DNA from: Balanoglossus misakiensis
Taxonomy: Eukaryota; Animalia; Hemichordata
Length of the DNA stretch: 64,000 nucleotides
NCBI GenBank assembly: GCA_040954595.2
Contig: CM082582.2
Span: forward strand, 5,068,303 to 5,132,302
Reading direction: 5' to 3'
Position numbers and translations under genes: made by a program. Within the stretch, counting starts at the first letter, position 1; each line of letters starts with the position of its first letter. The notes under the pieces are model-generated. The model did not search any database. It was not told the DNA's origin and saw only the letters and a program-made list of their open reading frames with translations. Shown in pieces: positions 1 to 15,702 of this stretch.

Positions 1-140
1 CAAAACTGGAATACAACACAAAAACTGTTCTCAGCAAGGGGTTTTGCTTGTTTAATTTGTGTAATTTGGGAAATGCTATTAGCATAATAAATGACAACTC
101 TGTCATGCTATTCTTGAAGTAGATTTTTGGAAGACATCAT

Positions 141-235
141 TTAACCATTTCACTCCTGTTTATCTCTGTAGAGGTCCACCTGTACACTAGAAACCATTTG
201 ATTTGGACTAAACCAATGGTGGTGAATAGGGTTGA
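141..235. mobile_element. Family A MITE (piggyBac-like, TTAA-flanked), degenerate copy
   Basis: TTAACCATTTCAC...GGTGAATAGGGTTGA with internal GAGGTCCA and TTTGGACTAAACCA shared with the other copies. Confidence 0.65.
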
Positions 236-372
236 AGGGTGTATGGACATATTTTAATGATTGTCCAGCCAATAGTATTGTTAATTATGAAATTGTGACA
301 TTGTAAACTGTAATTGTATGAATTTGGAAGGTTAATTTCTAAAGGTGTTTGTTTTACTATATAATTGCATAG

Positions 373-4081
<3,709 letters not shown>

Positions 4082-5408
4082 TGATGCCAGGGGTTCAAAG
4101 AAAGGAGTGTGCTGTTGCCATGGAGATGCTGAGGAAATCAAAATGACTCGACCGTTAAAAAAAAGTACACCTTAAGAAACGGTGATGTGCAATCAGTGAT
4201 GTTTGGGATACGACTGATAGAGTTATTGTGGACCACATACTCATAAAACTTAGTGTGTGTTGCAAGTCACTGCGTGCAATCAAGTACTGTTTGTTTTTCT
4301 TGTCTAGAATCCCAGGGAGATCTGCAAATGCGCTGTATTATGTTTATGTTATTATGGATTAAAGCCCCTATAACTGCAAAATTTCACATAAGAAGAATTG
4401 GTGTAATGAGCTAACTACCATCTGGGTGTTTATGCAGAACACCTGTGTTTCATATTCATAACAGAAAGTTCCAAAGAAATAGCAGTCGCTTTTCTCATTA
4501 AAACTGTTTTACCAAAGTAATCATATCATAAAACTTGTGAAGGAAGCCATTTTTTGCCAAAATTTGTTTCACGAAGGTGTGTCCGATCTAGATGTCTTGC
4601 AGTATTATCTTATAAAAATATATCTGAAGGTATATGGTTTACAAATGCATGTAATTTGGCAACTGATCAGCTACTATTAAAAAGCTGCATCGCTTACTGT
4701 AATATGAACCATGACAGAACTTTTGAGTACATTGGTTGAATGTTTGTCAAAAGAAATCGGCTTTACGTGGCAACAAAGGTTGTACATGCTAATTGGTTAA
4801 TACTGGGGATAAGGTATATTGACAGTGTTTGACATCCAATCAGATGACATGTTTCATAAGTGGTCAAGGGTATCCAACTTCGGATGTTTTCTAGTCAGCT
4901 GTGGTGATTGATAAACAATATCATAATTTTTTCTAGATATGAAAGCAAGTCTTTTGTTGGGTGATACTAGACAAGGAATAGCTAGGTGATCAACAGTATC
5001 AAAAATTGGCAGCTCTGTATCGAAAATAAGCTGTAAATACTAAAATTGGTGTAGATGCTCTATATCTTTCCCCTCTGGAACTAAAGGGCATTCCATTTAC
5101 AAAATGCAAAGTGAACTTTGAACTCTTTGCAGGAAATTTCCTCATACATTTCTAGTGGGCATAAAATGTGGTCATCACAACATTTTGTATTGTCTGTAAT
5201 GTGACAGGGTTGTTTCTATACAAGTGATCAGTAATTTACATGTCAACTAAAACTTTCAAGATCTGTCTTTTTCATTATGTACATAAATACTGCAAATTTT
5301 GTAATACTTGTCTCACTTATTAAAAAAGCTTTGTAAATTAGCAGGCACTGTGTCAGCATCTAGTAGCCTTTCCAGATTTTTTGTCGAATACTGTAATGAT
5401 TGTAAAAC

Positions 5409-5594
5409 TACTGTAAAACGGGTTATTTTCACGACAGGAAATTTCCCTTATATCAAAAGAGGCAACTGTTACGCGATTATTTATTTTCGCATTCTCGTAT
5501 TTCACTAACTGCATCGTTATCTCCGAAAACATTTTTCGCGACTTCCACGTTATTTTGGCTCTCGCGTAATTCGCGAAAATAACCTGTTTTAAGT
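5409..5594. mobile_element. Family C MITE (TA-flanked, CTGTAAAACG ends; Tc1/mariner-like)
   Basis: TACTGTAAAACGGGTTATTTTCACGA ... TCGCGAAAATAACCTGTTTTA inverted ends; CpG-rich against a CpG-poor background. Confidence 0.65.
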
Positions 5595-6669
5595 GTAACG
5601 TTCTTTTTTGGAACCACGTTGCCTCATTTCCTACTATTAAAGCAAAATGAAGATGTCCCTAGCAATAATTCCACAGTGAAAAAAGTTAGTTTGAGCAGTT
5701 TTTGTATGTGTATTCCCAGTGGTTATATTAAAGGGGCACATTGTGTAGATGCAGAATATAAGGAGAAATATGTGAATCCCATAATCTTATTGTTTATTTT
5801 AAGATATTTCTGTATTTTATTTGATATAGATTTTTTTTAAACAAAGTAAAGGGCTGTCATTCCAGTTAATGTGCATTTCACTGCCACTGTGATTATGATC
5901 TTCTGATATTTACATTCATTTCTCGTTACATTTTATTTCTTTGATGTTTTTTTCAAGACAAGATAGCATCTCTTTTAATACCTCAGTTCACGTGATATTT
6001 GAAAAATAAGAGAGGCTTCTTTACATGGCATTGAAATCAGGCATTGGGACTTTTTACAGATTTTCTGTTTTTCCGTAATAAGGCGAAGGAATAGTCTGTA
6101 TGCTAGAGTTTTGCAGGCCAGTGTTGAATTTGAACTCATGGATGTAAAGTTAATGTTAAATTATTGCATCTTTTTTTCCGGTTAGTAAAGATCACTCAAA
6201 TCCAGTAATTGAGCCAGGCAGTCTTGTTTCGACTTTAGACAAATTTAGCCAATACAATTATTTTAGTTTCATCAGTTGCCGTTTCTGGTTTTATTAGAAA
6301 AGAGAAAGAAGTTGTACTGTTTGCATGGTAAAAATTGAGCCATCAATAGAAACATCATCTTGATTCTTGGTTTTGCTCTTTCAACCCTAAAACTACCATG
6401 TACAAGTAATGGTAATGCACAATTTCATGTCAGATATATTGTTAGGTTCTGTACAAAATGGATCAAATCCAGATAAATTTATTTTTTTGCTCTCTTCAAA
6501 AATTTCAGCAAAGAGCCAGTTATGTATAGTTTTGTTTTTCTTTTTTTTCTGTCGATTGAAACATGTAAGTTTATAAGATTATGGATGGGAGTGTGTTGTT
6601 TTAATCTGTGATCAGCTTTGGGTAGCTGATATTTTGTCAATTTTATGTATACATATTATATGCCATCCG

Positions 6670-6675
6670 AATAAA
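6670..6675 (+). terminator. Candidate polyadenylation signal of PHAF1 (long 3'UTR of about 2.6 kb)
   Basis: AATAAA followed by T-rich sequence, just before the CpG-richer promoter zone of the next gene. Confidence 0.45.
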
Positions 6676-7199
6676 TATGAAGAAAGTGGCACATTTTTTG
6701 CCTGTACTGATTTTCTCATTGTTATCCCAAGTATCCCATTTGGGTAGGGTGACCATGGTTCTTTGTGAGGTTATTTGAAAAGTGCTGCAATATTTATACT
6801 ATATGAAAGAATGACAAGTTCCACAACAAAATATCTATGGCATGCCACCAACATGTGTACAAAGTTGGTGGTGCAAAACAATGGGAAATATTTTAGTCTC
6901 TCATTGCAATGTATCCACCAAGTTATCACTGACCAAACCGATCGTAGAGGGCGCCCTTTAGTGAACATTGGTACGGTTGTGCAATTTCAGGACTCCTGGT
7001 TTTACATTTTTTTCAAATATTTGTCAAGATATCATTCGTACCACCATGACCGTGTGCGATAAATTATAACTGATAGCTGGTTTTCAACAAAATGATTGTC
7101 ATTGCGCTCTCCATACAGATTCAATACCTAATAGTACCTATCCAACAAATTTGGTCGTTTTGGAAAATGCGATATTAACAGATTCACAGACGAAGAGGC

Positions 7200-7558
7200 A
7201 GAAATTAACCCCGTACAGTGAACACGTTTTTTTTTCAGTCTCGGTTGCCCAAATTCCTCTGTTTCTTCCAAGAAATCGAGACTAGTTTTTTTCCGCCCTC
7301 GGTCCACCCCTCAGAAAGTAATGGGTTTGTCCTAAAGTTCCTTGACCCGGAAGCAGTACTTTGTTTGGGTGGTGCCTCGGTAAACGTGTCTTGTTCTGAG
7401 AAACAGTGCACTCCCATTGGTGGGAGTGTTATCGACGATGTGTACGTCCAGTTGAAATCCAGTTCACAATTGACAAGATCACTCAGAGTTACGCAACGTT
7501 TCATCCAGTTGGCAGATTGTGTCGCAGAAGTGGGTGAATTTGAAACACGGTAGTTTAG
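7200..7558 (+). promoter_or_regulatory. Probable promoter and non-coding first exon of the I9 prodomain-only gene
   Basis: Locally CpG-rich; GC box CCGCCC 7293-7298, ETS CCGGAAG 7347-7353, ATTGG 7416-7420; perfect donor AG|GTAAGT at 7559 that can join the acceptor TTTCCTTTCAG ending 8394, 17 nt before the ATG. Confidence 0.55.
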
Positions 7559-8106
7559 GTAAGTCAACTTCCATAGCTTTTACTGATGATGATGTACATA
7601 GATTAACATTCATGTCTATGTCTTATTTTTGGAATCGATGGTATGTTTGATGTTGTCATTGTTTATATATTTTGGCCTTTAATACGATAATAAGTGAAAG
7701 TGAAATTAATGAATTTATAGAACCACTCTGAGGGCTTAGGGAAGTTTCATTAAACAAGAAAATCACAAAAATGCTGACCATATGCCATGCCCCATTTACA
7801 TGACTCTGTTGTCTTGAAATGCATACACGTCTGCGCTATTTTGATAACATACCTGTATTAAATTGTTATCTTATGTCTACACCTGGTGTTATACCCATGA
7901 TAGGGTGTACTGCAGTGTTTCAAAATATCAGTTCTGTTCGCCTCATACATTATGACGCACAATGCGTGCTTTCGTCCATTATGGGTCTTTGGGGCGTAAG
8001 TTGTTCTCTAAATATACAAAATACCAGAGGTACTTCAATTTGAGACTAAATTATTGTATGCATATGCTTGAATCTGAAATAGGTTTATTGTAATATTTTC
8101 TTCACA

Positions 8107-8298
8107 TACTGTAAAACGAGAAATTTTTGTGAACTTCGCTAGAGCCAAAAATAACATGAAAATAAGTAGTCACTAAAGAACAATTTGTACAATAGAATAT
8201 TTTTTGGTGATAAGAGAAAGTGAAATATAATTGTTGTGTAAAAGCCTCTGTTGTTGTCGCGAAAATTTTCTGTCACGAAAATTTCCCGTTTATCAGTA
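8107..8298. mobile_element. Family C-type MITE
   Basis: TACTGTAAAACGAGAAATTTTTGTGA ... TCACGAAAATTTCCCGTTTATCAGTA inverted ends. Confidence 0.65.
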
Positions 8299-8411
8299 TC
8301 AGTTATCCAAAAGTCGATATATATACCTAATATTAACTTCCCTTTAACAGTGCATGCATGCCCAATATATCTTTCAAAACCAATTTCCTTTCAGAAAAAC
8401 AAAGTTTGATA

Positions 8412-9904
8412 ATGGTAGAGAGAGCAATCCAGTTCTTTGTTTTGCTGGCAGTAGCTGTAATGGCTGTGAACAGTAATGAAAAGACAAGAGAGACACCAGC
8501 TCCTGTGTATGAACATGAACCCAAAGACCGTGTTGAAGGAGTGTACATCGTCAAACTAGAGGTTGGTGATAGATATGCTTTAGAATTATGATGGATTAAT
8601 GTACTGCTTAGTAGTACATGTGTGTGAGTGTATTTGTTCTGCTTAAAGGGACAAAGTCTCTCTCTCGCTGCCCATTTTCCACTAATTATGTTTGATACAA
8701 GACACCGATTATGCTATTCTACATGTGGATATGTAGTGAATCAACGTTCGACCACACACACCTTCTATACCATTTATTTATTTTGGGCGAATTTTTACTC
8801 TCATATCATACAAGCGGGATAAAAGTTGTATGTAGTTGAATGTTCATTCACTACATATACACATGTACATTAACATAAACGGTGTCTTGTATCAAATATA
8901 ATTAATTGGAAGAGAGCAACGAGAGAGAGACTTTGTCCCTTGAATAGTAATGTCTATCTCAGTTAGTCACCAATACCCTGTGATTATAAAACAACTTTTA
9001 TGAGAAATGTAAAATGTCAACACAATGCATTTTATCTAATGATTAAATGTGTTATAATTTATTGTCAAATTTATCTCTTTTTTTTTGCAAGTACAGCACT
9101 CCTGCGATGAGGCATGCTTCAATGATATCATCGAGAGATTTACCGACAGAGCAAAACGTGATGGTTTCCCAGTTACCGTAACACACAGGATGGCATCATC
9201 GATGAAGATGTTTACTGCAAAAATGTCCCGAGAAGCTGTAGAACTGGTAAGTGTGGGGTTTTTTTTGCTAATGGGAATACTTGTATCACTTGTGATCACG
9301 CCAAGGAAATTTTTGGTCTAATTTTAAGTGAGTTCAAGTCATGTGTAGTGGTTGATATGCCCAAAAATGTAATGTTGAATATAGTGAGCTAACAGTCTGA
9401 GCTGTAATCATAGAAACATGTTCAAGAATGCAAACTGAAAACAATTCAACAGTAAAAACTTTCCTACTTAGCTGTCCACACAGTTCAATCTCTAGGTTAT
9501 GAATATCAGGACATACAGCCATGGAGAGTCAGGTGGTGTGAAAAGATTGAGCTTACCCTGCTCCGTAGCATCCATACATGTAATCTTTGAGAGTTAGTCT
9601 CAATGGAGACTGTCTAGTCTAATAATATCTCCATAATCCGTGGTTTATGTGGTTTTGATGTAGAGCCATGTTGATTTATTTCTTTTTTTTTTCTAATGGA
9701 CGGTATCCCAGGTGTTAGTACCATAATAAAAAAATAGATTCAATTGGAGTTGATTCGTTTTCTTTGAAGTTTTTGAAAATAATCATCTTGCTTTCTGAAT
9801 TTTTTTAGCTTCGATGGATGGATAAAGTGGACTTCATTGAAGAAGACCAGATTGTGTCTATTGATGATGGTGAAGGAATGGGCGTCGGAGGGATGGGTAT
9901 CTAG
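8412..9904 (+). CDS. Secreted stand-alone subtilase-propeptide (Inhibitor_I9) protein, PCSK9-prodomain-like, 131 aa
   Basis: Three coding exons 8412-8561, 9097-9246, 9809-9904 (TAG), both introns GT-AG phase 0. Protein: MVERAIQFFVLLAVAVMAVNS signal peptide, then RVEGVYIVKL, AKRDGF, FTAKMS, EL|LRWMDKVDFIEEDQIV, the hallmark motifs of proteinase-K/PCSK9-type prodomains. Stop follows a short Gly/Met tail. Confidence 0.85.
8643..8944. mobile_element. Long-TIR palindromic MITE with TTAA-type flanks and AGGG...CCCT ends (Kolobok-like)
   Basis: TTAA-AGGGACAAAGTCTCTCTCTCG ... CGAGAGAGAGACTTTGTCCCT-TGAA; inner arms TTTGATACAAGACACCG / CGGTGTCTTGTATCAAA and ACATGTG.ATATGTAGTGAAT / ATTCACTACATATACACATGT. 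Confidence 0.75.
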
Positions 9905-10079
9905 GCAGAGGGTGATCCTGGAAAGACACTGGGATGAACACAGGCCACGAAAAGTCAACCACTTGCGAACACCCTTGGAGTCTGTGGACCACTATGATTA
10001 AGGCTTTAACGCAGACTTCAGCATGAAAGCTGTTATTTCTTTTAATATTAACATTAAATTTAACATTCTCCTTTGACAG

Positions 10080-10231
10080 TACAGTCAAACCTGTCTGCAG
10101 TGGCCAGTCAAGGGAATTTACCAAACTGGCCTTTATAGACAGGTCACAAGTAAAAGTTATTGGCGACAAAGTGGCCACTATAGAAAAGTTTCCACCACAT
10201 AGTGTTGGCCACTGACACAGGTTTGACTGTA
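10080..10231. mobile_element. Tc1/pogo-like MITE (TA-CAGTCAAACCTGT ends)
   Basis: TACAGTCAAACCTGT ... ACAGGTTTGACTGTA perfect inverted termini with TA flanks. Confidence 0.8.
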
Positions 10232-10665
10232 TTTCAATTCCACTCAGTTGATTGCCCGGCTTAATATAGTTTTACAAATTAAAAGTTATCTTTAAATATA
10301 TTCATACTTTGTGCTGGTAGTTCTTTGTTAGGGTTTGGCAGCTATCATGCCCAGAAATGATAAATTTGGAATAACGGCGTTTTTTATGCATTAATAATTC
10401 TCATGTTACCATCAATTCCTGCTTGTCTTCTACATATGCATTATTCAAAGGTCCAGAACAATGACGTTATTATACCAATTTTCTGAAAAAAAATAGCAAT
10501 TTGCAGCTACCATTGAATGATACAGCAATACTTTTGAATGACTGAACAAAATATTGTGCAGCTGTTTATTGATGGCAGTTTAATGTTATTATTTTTTCAA
10601 TGGTGATTGTTAAAATATTACATTGTTAGAATTATTAGCTGTTCCTGCCACTTTGCCTCTATGCA

Positions 10666-10756
10666 TCAACCCTTTCACCACCATGGTTTGATCCAAATCA
10701 ATTGTTTTCTGCAGTAAAGCTGGACCTCTACAGAGGAAAACGGGTGAAAGGGTTAA
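10666..10756. mobile_element. Family A MITE, in the presumed 3'UTR of the I9 gene
   Basis: TCAA-CCCTTTCACC...GGTGAAAGGG-TTAA. Confidence 0.8.
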
Positions 10757-11204
10757 AAAGCAATACAATGTAGTATTTGATATGTGTGTGAAAGATGTAA
10801 ACTACACCATGTGGAGACATAGTTAAAGTTTTATTTCTCGAAAGTTGGTGTCTTTTGCGTACTGATGATTTCTGATGAAGACACTTCACTTTGCAACAAA
10901 TGCGTGTACATTGTATTTCGTAATTAGCTGCATTGAATGAACGAGGTTTAATTGAATTTACGGCAAATGCAGAAGTAAAGAATGTCTATATCCCAAGCAT
11001 GATGGGTGTTATTTACAATCAGCCAGTGTTCCAGTTGTATCAGAGTAGAAAAACTGCCAAAAAAGAATGTATGGTAGTTAGACCAAAGCAAGTATCTGAA
11101 AGTCATACCAGTATCAACCTTCCAATATTTTTGTGAGTAGAAAGATTCAGCATCATTATTAAAAAAAAGTAATGTGAAAGGTTTTCATTTCCAGAGGAAT
11201 GTTC

Positions 11205-11210
11205 AATAAA
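11205..11210 (+). terminator. Candidate polyadenylation signal of the I9 gene
   Basis: AATAAA followed by GT/T-rich sequence (GTGTGTT, TTTATTT, TGTGTG). Confidence 0.5.
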
Positions 11211-12479
11211 TAATTATTCTATCCAAATACAAGTGTGTTCTAATTTATTTAATGTGTGCTTGGGATGATAGCACATCAAGACCCTTTCCCACTGTGCCAA
11301 CAATTTTCAACAATTTACAAAGTGTTCCCAGATAATGCACTTATCTACACGTCAGTCATACTGGAGATGGCATTGATATTATTTTTAGCTTGCCCTTTCA
11401 AATAATACTTTATGAATAACTGACAATGCAATTTCTCTGCCGTTGACTCAGTATACCATCAAAATTACACTGATTGTTATTTTTATCCCAAAGATTGTAC
11501 TAAAACGTGGACATGTATTTTATTTCAAGATACTAGCAACTTTAGCATAAACTACTCACATCCCAAATTTTACTAAAGTGAGTTGATTTTAAAAATATGA
11601 TGTAAGTACATCTTTGATGTGAATTACAAGTTAACCCAGATCCCTACAAAGTTTACTCCAAAGATTTTTTTGGTGAAAACCCTGTTTTTTTTATTGTTTT
11701 AAAAAAAAGACCCCCCCCCCCAACACACATTAACTTTGAGGATTATCATTTTCTGAAAATCTGTCCCTTGGCGAGATACGCCCCATATTTGGAAAGTTTC
11801 TACTGTATTCAACTGTTAATTGACTTTTCTTCCTTTTTAGTGTGATGTTTAGTTTACAGTTAGCATGTACAGTACTGTCAATTACATTTATATCCCAAAT
11901 TCTTTTCAATTTGCATCCTTGGTTTCTCTTTCTAACCCTGAGGGTGTTTAGATTCAAATGTAATTATATATGCATATAACAAAAGCATGTTTAGATATTA
12001 CAATTATAAAAAACCCTAAAATACTATATCCGTAAACTTTCAGAAACAAACACTTCTGTGTAGAGCTAACAGTATTCTCAGATCTATTTATGTTATTTTA
12101 AATTTTCATTAAATTTGACTAACAATAAGAACCTATTGTAACTGCACTACAGTAAGATGTGCTGGTTGGGGTAGGATGTTTATAGCTAAATAAGCTCGGC
12201 TACATTATAATTTGATACACGTCACCAACTTTCCATATAATCAGGTCCATATTGACTAGGGGGCACCAGTGTACAGCAGGGACCCAGAATTATAGTGTAG
12301 CAAACTTAGGGCTGTGATGGAGTCTAAGTCTGTACACAATATAGGTCTGGCATGTAATGTATACCAGCCAAAATCTTATCTGTGACTACTTTTGGCTCAA
12401 GGCTTTACCACTTTTGTTTTTTCTGGAGTAAACAAGCCTTGCTAGTGAGACTATGTAGGACATTGGCAACAATTGAAGA

Positions 12480-12606
12480 TACATACATACATACATACAT
12501 ACATACATACATACATACATACATACATACATACATACATACATACATACATACATACATACATACATACATACATACATACACACACACATATACACAC
12601 ACACAG
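12480..12606. repeat. (TACA)n microsatellite grading into (CA)n
   Basis: Direct reading; explains the HTYI/MYVC ORFs. Confidence 0.98.
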
Positions 12607-12686
12607 AGGTATTGATACAAAGACACTGAAAAAACTGAAGCAATATTTTAGTAATTTATATACATATTTAATGTGACTGAATTGAA

Positions 12687-12692
12687 TTTATT
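12687..12692 (-). terminator. Candidate polyadenylation signal of RELCH (3'UTR of about 3 kb)
   Basis: TTTATT on + strand; on the minus strand it is followed by T-rich and (TG)/(TGTA) repeat sequence. Confidence 0.45.
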
Positions 12693-15372
12693 CTCATACA
12701 CGTGAAACAGCCATTATTACAATTATCATACAAAAATCTGTGGTCATAAACACAACAGCACAAAGAAATGTAACAGTTACACATTGTCATGCAGTCATTA
12801 ACACACACACACATCAAATTGATACAAATTTACACATCTTAAACATATCAGAATGATTCCCTCGGTTTGGAGTCTACAATCTATAAATTATTTTTATATT
12901 TGAAAGGGACTTCACTCCTTACTGGGTTTCAGTTGTGGTATGTAGAAATTACTAATAGACAAAAATAACGTGATTCATTTCGTGATTACTGTAATACTGA
13001 CTAGAGTTCTTAGAACTACTTCCACACAACTTTACATCACACATACACTTAATATTTATTCTACAATATTCTAATTCATTCACACCCCAAAGACGGGGAC
13101 TAAACCTACAATACTGTGGTTTATCTGTACCATTTCAAAAAATTGCGGCCATTTTTATGCAACATTTGCATGGGCGCAGCTGATTGGTTGTTGTCATGGA
13201 AGCTTCAAAAATGCTAATGAGACTCCAACCTGTGACTGGACATTTCTCCACCAAATTTGACCTCCTGTAGCCTACGATTTTTTTAGAACAGAGATGTTCG
13301 ACCACACACTATTAAAACGCGAAATAAGGTATTCTCTTAGTCTAAACTAGTTTCTTGGTTTCTTACAACTGTAAAAAATAGTACCAGTACATGGGTATAC
13401 ATACATAGATACACTAGACATTGCAACGGCCCACCACATACTTTTTATAATAATGAATCTACTACGCTATTTGCCAATGACAAATTGCTTATCAACAAAG
13501 TTTACTAAATTTATTCTCCGATTGGTCCAAAGCTATATATAACAATTCTGTACACTTTTAGTTCTATCTGGGTCACAACAACACATTATTGCAGTATTCA
13601 AACCATGACCTTCCAATCTTTGAAGGGCATTGTAAACATATCTTCCTTCTTTACATGAAGTAACTTACTGGTCTTTCCTACTGTACATTGGCCTAATATG
13701 TAATGCCTACCGCTGGTTGATGTGAGAAATGTTAGGAAAGGGTTGGGGTTGTGTGTACCTTGAAGTGGCATGCTAGTATGCTACCAACTGACCAAAGACG
13801 ATCTTTTGACAACTGGTAAACTCCAAAATCAAGTGGACAGCACTTCTCGTATAAAAACCACATATAAGATAACTGTGCATTTTCATATTGATGCATCATG
13901 TTTTTTAACTTGTTCGCCACCTGGTGTCAACAGAACACAACTTCTGGAATCATCGTCTGCTCGCATGGATCAGAAGTTTGCTTGACCACAGTCTCCCTAA
14001 CAGAGAGCAAGACCTTGGCAGGCGAAGATGTTCTGGAATAAGCCATTCATATTCAGTGTGTTTTCATGCCAGTATGATTTGCTCAGATCACTACACAAAA
14101 TAATTAACCAGAAACCACCAGATAATCAGCTGCCATGGCATCTTGGCCAACCATACTGAAGAATCACCATATTTCTATACATGTGTCAAAGTATTACAAG
14201 GGCTGAAAGACCACTAGCTGTGCTACAAGATTCAATCCTACGCTTGCTTTATACTATTTCCACGACATATCACTTGACAGTTCAATATATGCTAGCTCAC
14301 ATGAAACAGCAATTTCTAGCTTGACAGCATTAGTAGCTCTCTAGGAGTAATAATCAAAATTTGGCTTTCAAAGTATTGTATACCAATGTGCACCTGCATT
14401 CTTCCAGTTACTGTAGTTCAAATGATAGTTCACATTAGACCCACACACAAAAACTTGACATACAAAACTCCCACATTTCTACCTTCTCAGCATAGAGACA
14501 GAACGATTCACAATACACACATCAAAATTACCCAGCTGATAAAAACATCATCGACACCTTAGTAGTATGTTTTAGCAGATATAAAAGTAAAATGAAACTT
14601 ATTGCATTGATCAAAGTATTCCACAATTTTGACATAACATTAACATCTGAAACTCAACCATAACTTTGCAAAAATTCTGTTATCGTCATGTATAAATATT
14701 TTAAGAAATCAAATGTCTGTCTTGTATAATACAGGGAAAAGCTACAGCATTCTCACCAAGATCTGGTAACTGACCAGCGACACGGAGAGTCAGTTGACAT
14801 GGTAAAATGCACAGCCAATGCAAATGTTAAAACTTATCAGAGTTTATTCTGATGGTGAAATCTGAGCAATGCAAATAGTCAGTGTTAAACCAGACTTTTT
14901 GAGTTGGTGTTATGCCTCGCATAAACATGTGATTTATCTGAATTGGTACTCCTGGTATTGGGACATTATGTATACGACACCATTGATATATGTGACATAT
15001 ATGTAAAACTAGATAAGAACTTCCATTCATTTTGACATACTTGCAATATCAATGATTACTGCACAATTTTTTGTGTTTGTTGTGCCAATGATACATGTCA
15101 TAATTAATCCCTGCATCACTGCAGTACACAGACATGATCTAGTCCTGCAAATATTCCTTCTGTGAGAAAATCCTGTGTTTCGTACACACCATGGACCCAA
15201 ATTTACTGGAACAACAAAATCTTCATACACCACAGATATCAAACTCTAGTCACAGAAACTGAATTAGTTCCTCACCTCACAGAGGAACTCAATTCACATG
15301 CTCACATTCTGATAACATTGAAGACTGCTTAGAAAGACTTGGCATAATACACACATGTAAATTTGAGTGGCA

Positions 15373-15373
<1 letters not shown>

Positions 15374-15404
<31 letters not shown>
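15374..15404. repeat. (CAA)n microsatellite in the RELCH 3'UTR
   Basis: Direct reading. Confidence 0.95.
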
Positions 15405-15702
15405 GCATCATACTCGGTGTACTCCCCTATTAAACAGACATCAACAATTTCTACAAAGATGCCAAATCAATATGCAGCACAGACAAAAAAGCATACAAGC
15501 AGACACTGGTCTCTTCTCTTGGCAAAGACCCCGGAACTTCCAAGATTCTACAAGTTCTTCGCCACTTATGACAAACCACTAGCCTACTCTGTACTCTGGA
15601 TGACCATCAGGACAACTCAGACGATCACAGTATTGCATCTTCTGTTGAAAATTACACAAGCCACACTTCCAGTCCAGAACTGAATTTTTCTTCCTTCTTT
15701 TT

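Noticed and set aside
7218-7567. Overlapping 111-aa and 110-aa ORFs on both strands
   Set aside because: No recognisable domain; better explained as GC-richer promoter and 5'UTR sequence.
9810-10001. Open +1 frame overlapping I9 exon 3 (…QRVILERHWDEHRPRK…), considered as a frameshifted catalytic domain
   Set aside because: No WGLDRI/WNLERI-like start of a mature subtilase and no DTG motif; incompatible with the phase-0 splice that restores VDFIEED.
12382-12676. HTYI/MYVC repeat ORFs
   Set aside because: Translation of the (TACA)n microsatellite.
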